A stretch of DNA of 64,000 nucleotides, taken from the NCBI GenBank assembly GCA_030141605.1, contig JAQGDQ010000102.1:244212-308211 (forward strand), given 5' to 3'. The position numbers and the translations under genes were made by a program. This document shows positions 59,977 to 64,000 of the stretch, piece by piece. The notes beneath the pieces are model-generated. The model made no database searches and had not been told where the DNA came from. It saw nothing but the letters and a program-made list of their open reading frames with translations. This stretch comes from Tubiluchus corallicola. Its lineage: Eukaryota > Animalia > Priapulida. Numbering within the stretch: position 1 is the stretch's first letter; every line of letters begins with the position of its first letter.

Positions 59977-61420
59977 TTAACACTTTTTAACTTCGCGAGC
60001 ATCTGTTCCTTCTTAAAATGCAGATTTGTTATGTACTGATTTTGTACGTGATGGGTGATTGGACCCATTCCAAAAATAGGGTCAAAGTGATCAGTCCTGT
60101 CGCTGCCGTCACTGTCGTCGTCGTTGCTGTTGTGCTACGCTCAACTGAAAAAGAACGCAGCTGTGGATGCAGCAGCGTCCCCGCAGGAATGGGTATAAGC
60201 TGCCTATGATAGATTCCTGATTTCTTACGATGTAGCAGAAGAGATTAAGATAAAAGAACTAGAGCGATTTTTAAAAATGGGTAATGGCAAGCAGTTTTAT
60301 TAAAAATGCAAGAAAGCAGGTTAAAGTAGAGAAGTAAATATAACAAGTCGATTCATGTTTATTCTGTATTTGGAATTTTATGTTCAGAAATAGTTATATC
60401 ATCTCGTCACATTCAAAAACGCTTGACTCGGAATATTCATCAATTACATTAAAAAAGAGCAGCTTTGTCAATGTTAATCAGTAACTGTTGTCTGCTGTTT
60501 AGAATAGCGATGCTGCGTTGCCGTCGCCACAATGACGTAACATCTGGGTTTCGCACCGGTCCAGAGCCCAGGTTTTTAGATGTTTTCATATGTTCACTGT
60601 TGTTACTTAATATCTATTTTTTATTAATGTGCTTTTAACTAAAATTGTAAACATTGTATAACAAACATGTGTTCATAACTTATTTTTCTTATAATAATAA
60701 TTTGCTTTAACTTGTGTTCGTTTCTCGAATGCCTGTAATTTGTATATTTTGTCATTTTTCATCCGTTTACTTGTATTATGCTTTTATTTTGTATTTTATG
60801 TACTTTTGTATTTTTGTATTTTACTTTAGAGTCTGAAGTAAAGAAGTAAATAAATAAAAAATGATCATCCCTTTTAACTCTCTTTGCAATAGAAATATTT
60901 TTGGTGGTTCAACCGAAACTAGCTTGTGGTACATCAAATGAGAGGTCTCAAAGAGACACATTTAATGGTATCAGTTATGGAGAGATTGGATGAACTCTGA
61001 CCCCTGGGTCACGGGTTAAATCGTTAAAATGTTCCAACTTGCCATTTCATTATGAAGCCAGTTTCTATGCATTCAAGCAAAGCGAATTTCATAAAGCAAA
61101 GTTAGAACTTCAAAAGAAAAGGCTAGTGTCTTTTCAACGTTAAATTCGGTAACTACTGATTGTATTGTTTGCAAAATCTTCAGTTTCTGTCCACGTCAGA
61201 AACATTGTCAACTAGTTAGCTATGTTTAGCCCACCAATGCAACCAACTGCAACCCACAGAAATGATCTTCCGTCGATGTTCTACATTCTAAAAACTTTTT
61301 TACACAATTTGGAACACTGCAAACGGGAATTCAATATTCGACGGCGAAACTACTTGCTCTAGTATCATGGTGAAGAATTTTTAACTAGCTTAATCAGCAC
61401 AGCTGCCTAATTTAACTCAC

Positions 61421-61540
61421 CATTTGGACCAGGCGGACCTCGTAAGCCTGTGGCGCCACGTGGACCTCTTTCTCCAACTGGTCCAACTGGACCCCTACGC
61501 CCTGGTGGTCCTACTGGTCCAGGCGGAGGAGGAGGTTGGT
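61421..61540 (-). CDS. Collagen-like (Gly-X-Y)11 exon of the same gene
   Basis: ttttgcag| (D)QPPPPP GPV GPP GRR GPV GPV GER GPR GAT GLR GPP GPN |gtgagt; 120 nt, phase 1-1. Confidence 0.9.
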
Positions 61541-62114
61541 CTGCAAAAGAACAATTTTAAAACTTGCAACAAACTGAGCATTGCTAGTGTTAATAAGTCT
61601 TGGTTAATATCCACAAAAGAAGAAAATACAATCATTTGCAAAAGTTTAAGACCAAAATGATTTTTCATGAATCCACAAAAGAAGAAAATAGTTTGTTTTA
61701 CATCGTGTGACATAAAATAGAAGCTGCATCTTCCTACTGGGCTTCAGACCTGCATAAGTGTTTGCTTTTTAAATCAAGAGCTGTCAGCAATATCTGACTT
61801 GCAAACAAAAACGCTATCCCTACACAATATAACTAATGTATAATAAGACAAATATAGACTACAAACGAAAAGTTTTAAAAATACTACTTATTACGTGCAT
61901 TCTAATAATTAAAATGAGAAGTCAGAACAGTGAAAGTCCGTTTTACAGTATGCATAGTTATCGCATGGCATGAGTGTAGCCTACAGGGAACAAATGTCAT
62001 TAATGGAAAAAAGCTTTTAACACGTTGATCACTAATTTGATAAAATTGTTTAAGCAACCATAAATAGGCCTAAACCTAAATTTTTTAACTGATTGGCAGC
62101 TTAGATGAACTGAC

Positions 62115-62192
62115 CGTTTCTGACCGTTGGATCGGTTAAACCAGCATCGCGTTCTTGAAATGGCTCCACACGCCTTTCTTGTCCAAGTGTTT
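62115..62192 (-). CDS. Linker exon of the mucin/collagen gene
   Basis: tttttattgtgtag| (E)TLGQERRVEPFQERDAGLTDPTVRN |gtcagt; 78 nt, phase 1-1. Confidence 0.65.
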
Positions 62193-62404
62193 CTACACAA
62201 TAAAAACAGATAGATAGAAGTTCAAAATTTACAAAAAAAGGTCTCCTTGGTTCTATTAGTTATACGTTTCATTAAAAGGAGGTGAAATTGGGACAGCAGC
62301 CACTAAAACAGTTGCAGTTATGACTATGATCAAAAAGTTCAAAACTGCATGTAAAAACAAAGTTAATTAACATGACTGTGTTATGCTAATTAACATAACT
62401 CTAG

Positions 62405-62500
62405 CACAAGCATTAATTGTATGCACAATGGCGCTGCACAAGCATTAATTGCATCGAGCACTGACGCTGCACAAGCATTAATTGCATCGAACACTGACAC
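62405..62500. repeat. ~33-bp tandem repeat, 3 copies
   Basis: CACAAGCATTAATTG core repeated, just inside the intron after the mucin exon. Confidence 0.8.
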
Positions 62501-62536
62501 AGCACAAAAAGTAGCCAACATACATAGCCAACTTAC

Positions 62537-64000
62537 CATTTTTTTCTCTCTCTTCTTTTTCTTCCGCTGCTTCTTCTTTCTTTTCTTCTTGTTCCAGTCC
62601 TTGTCCTTCATTTTGTTTTACTTGTTGCTGTTGTAACAATGGTTCCTGTTTTGCTATATCTGTTACTGCAGACTCTATCATCTTTTCAGTTGATATTTCA
62701 ACTATTGTTGTTGTGATTGCTGGTGCTTCTGTTGTTATAGCTGATTCTTTTGTTGTAACCTCGGCTTCTTCTGTAACTGGTGCCTTTGCTGTTACTACCA
62801 TAGCTTCCTCTGTTGTCAGGACTGATGGTTTAGTTGCTACAACAGTTTGTTCAGTTGTGATGAGTGGTGATTCTGTTATAACCATAGCCTCTTCTGTTGT
62901 TATTACTGGTGCTTTTCTTGTACCTAAAGGTTCTTCTGTTGTGATGACTGGAGCCTTTTCTGTTGTCACCAAAGTTCCTTCTGTCGTGATGACAGGCACT
63001 TCTGTACTAACCAAAGCCTCTTCTGTTGTTTTTACTGGTGCTTTTGTTGTAAATGTAACTTCTTCTGTTGTGATGATTGGTGGTTCTGTTGTAACTGCAA
63101 CTTCTTCTGTTGTGATGACAGGTACCATTGTTGTAACAGCAACTTCTTCTGTTGTGATGATTGGTGGTTCCGTTGTAACAGCAACTTCTTCTGTTGTGAT
63201 GACAGGTGCCATTGTTGTAACAGCAACTTCTTCTGTTGTGATGATTGGTGGTTCCGTTGTAACAGCAACTTCTTCTGTTGTGATGACAGGCACTTCTGTT
63301 CTAACCACAGCCTCTTCTGTTGTTATTACTGGTGCTTTTGTTGTAACTATAACTTCTTCTGTTGTGATGACAGGTGCCATTGTTGTAACAGCAACTTCTT
63401 CTGTTGTGATGATTGGGGGTTCTGTTGTAACTGCAACTTCTACTGTTGTGATGACAGGTGCCATTGTTGTAACTGTAACTTCTTCTGCTGTGATGATTGG
63501 TGGTTCCGTTGTAACAGCAACTTCTTCTGTTGTGATGATTGGTGGTTCCGTTGTAACAGCAACTTCTTCTGTTGTGATGACAGGCACTTCTGTTCTAATC
63601 ACAGCCTCTTCTGTTGTTATTACTGGTGCTTTTGTTGTAACTATAACTTCTTCTGTTGTAATGACAGGTGCCATTGTTGTAACAGCAACTTCTTCTGTTG
63701 TGATGATTGGTGGTTCTGTTGTAACAGCAACTTCTTCTGTTGTGATGACAGGTACCATTGTTGTAACTGTAACTTCTTCTGCTGTGATGATTGGTGGTTC
63801 CGTTGTAACAGCAACTTCTTCTGTTGTGATGATTGGTGGTTCCGTTGTAACAGCAACTTCTTCTGTTGTGATGACAGGCACTTCTGTTCTAACCACAGCC
63901 TCTTCTTTTGTTATCACTGGTGCTTCTGTTGTAACTATAACTTCTTCTGTTGTAATGACAGGTGCCATTGTTGTAACAGCAACTTCTTCTGTTGTGATGA
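62537..64000 (-). CDS. Mucin-like Thr/Glu/Val/Pro-rich repeat exon (14-aa units) plus Q/E/K-rich segment; truncated by window end
   Basis: Open frame >480 codons of xxP[VI]ITTEEVAVTT units; donor AAT G|gtaagt at 62536 (phase 1). Confidence 0.88.

Overview
AT-rich invertebrate animal genomic DNA (spliceosomal GT-AG introns; no prokaryotic, rRNA, tRNA or CRISPR features seen). Most of the window (3..47547, +) is the 3' part of a death-associated protein kinase (DAPK1-type) gene. I reconstruct 18 in-frame coding exons (~1128 aa): calmodulin-regulatory segment, ankyrin repeats, ROC GTPase, COR, death domain and Ser-rich tail. The kinase exons lie upstream of the window. A 23.4-kb intron separates the kinase/CaM half from the ankyrin-ROC-COR-DD half. 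It holds candidate alternative terminal exons near its 5' end and candidate phase-0 alternative first exons further in (one under a triple-CRE promoter), which suggests the locus can make the two halves as separate proteins; this is inference. An intronless class A GPCR with a 1-nt frameshift lies antisense in another DAPK intron. Downstream are an intronless secreted pentraxin (49627..50667, +) and, on the minus strand, a mucin-like/collagen gene running off the window end. Introns carry many non-autonomous transposons (hAT, Kolobok-like, Mutator-like, Tc1/mariner-like, a Helitron nested inside an inverted Helitron, CR1/L2-type LINE fragments) plus mini- and microsatellites. All homology calls come from recalled family motifs, not database searches.
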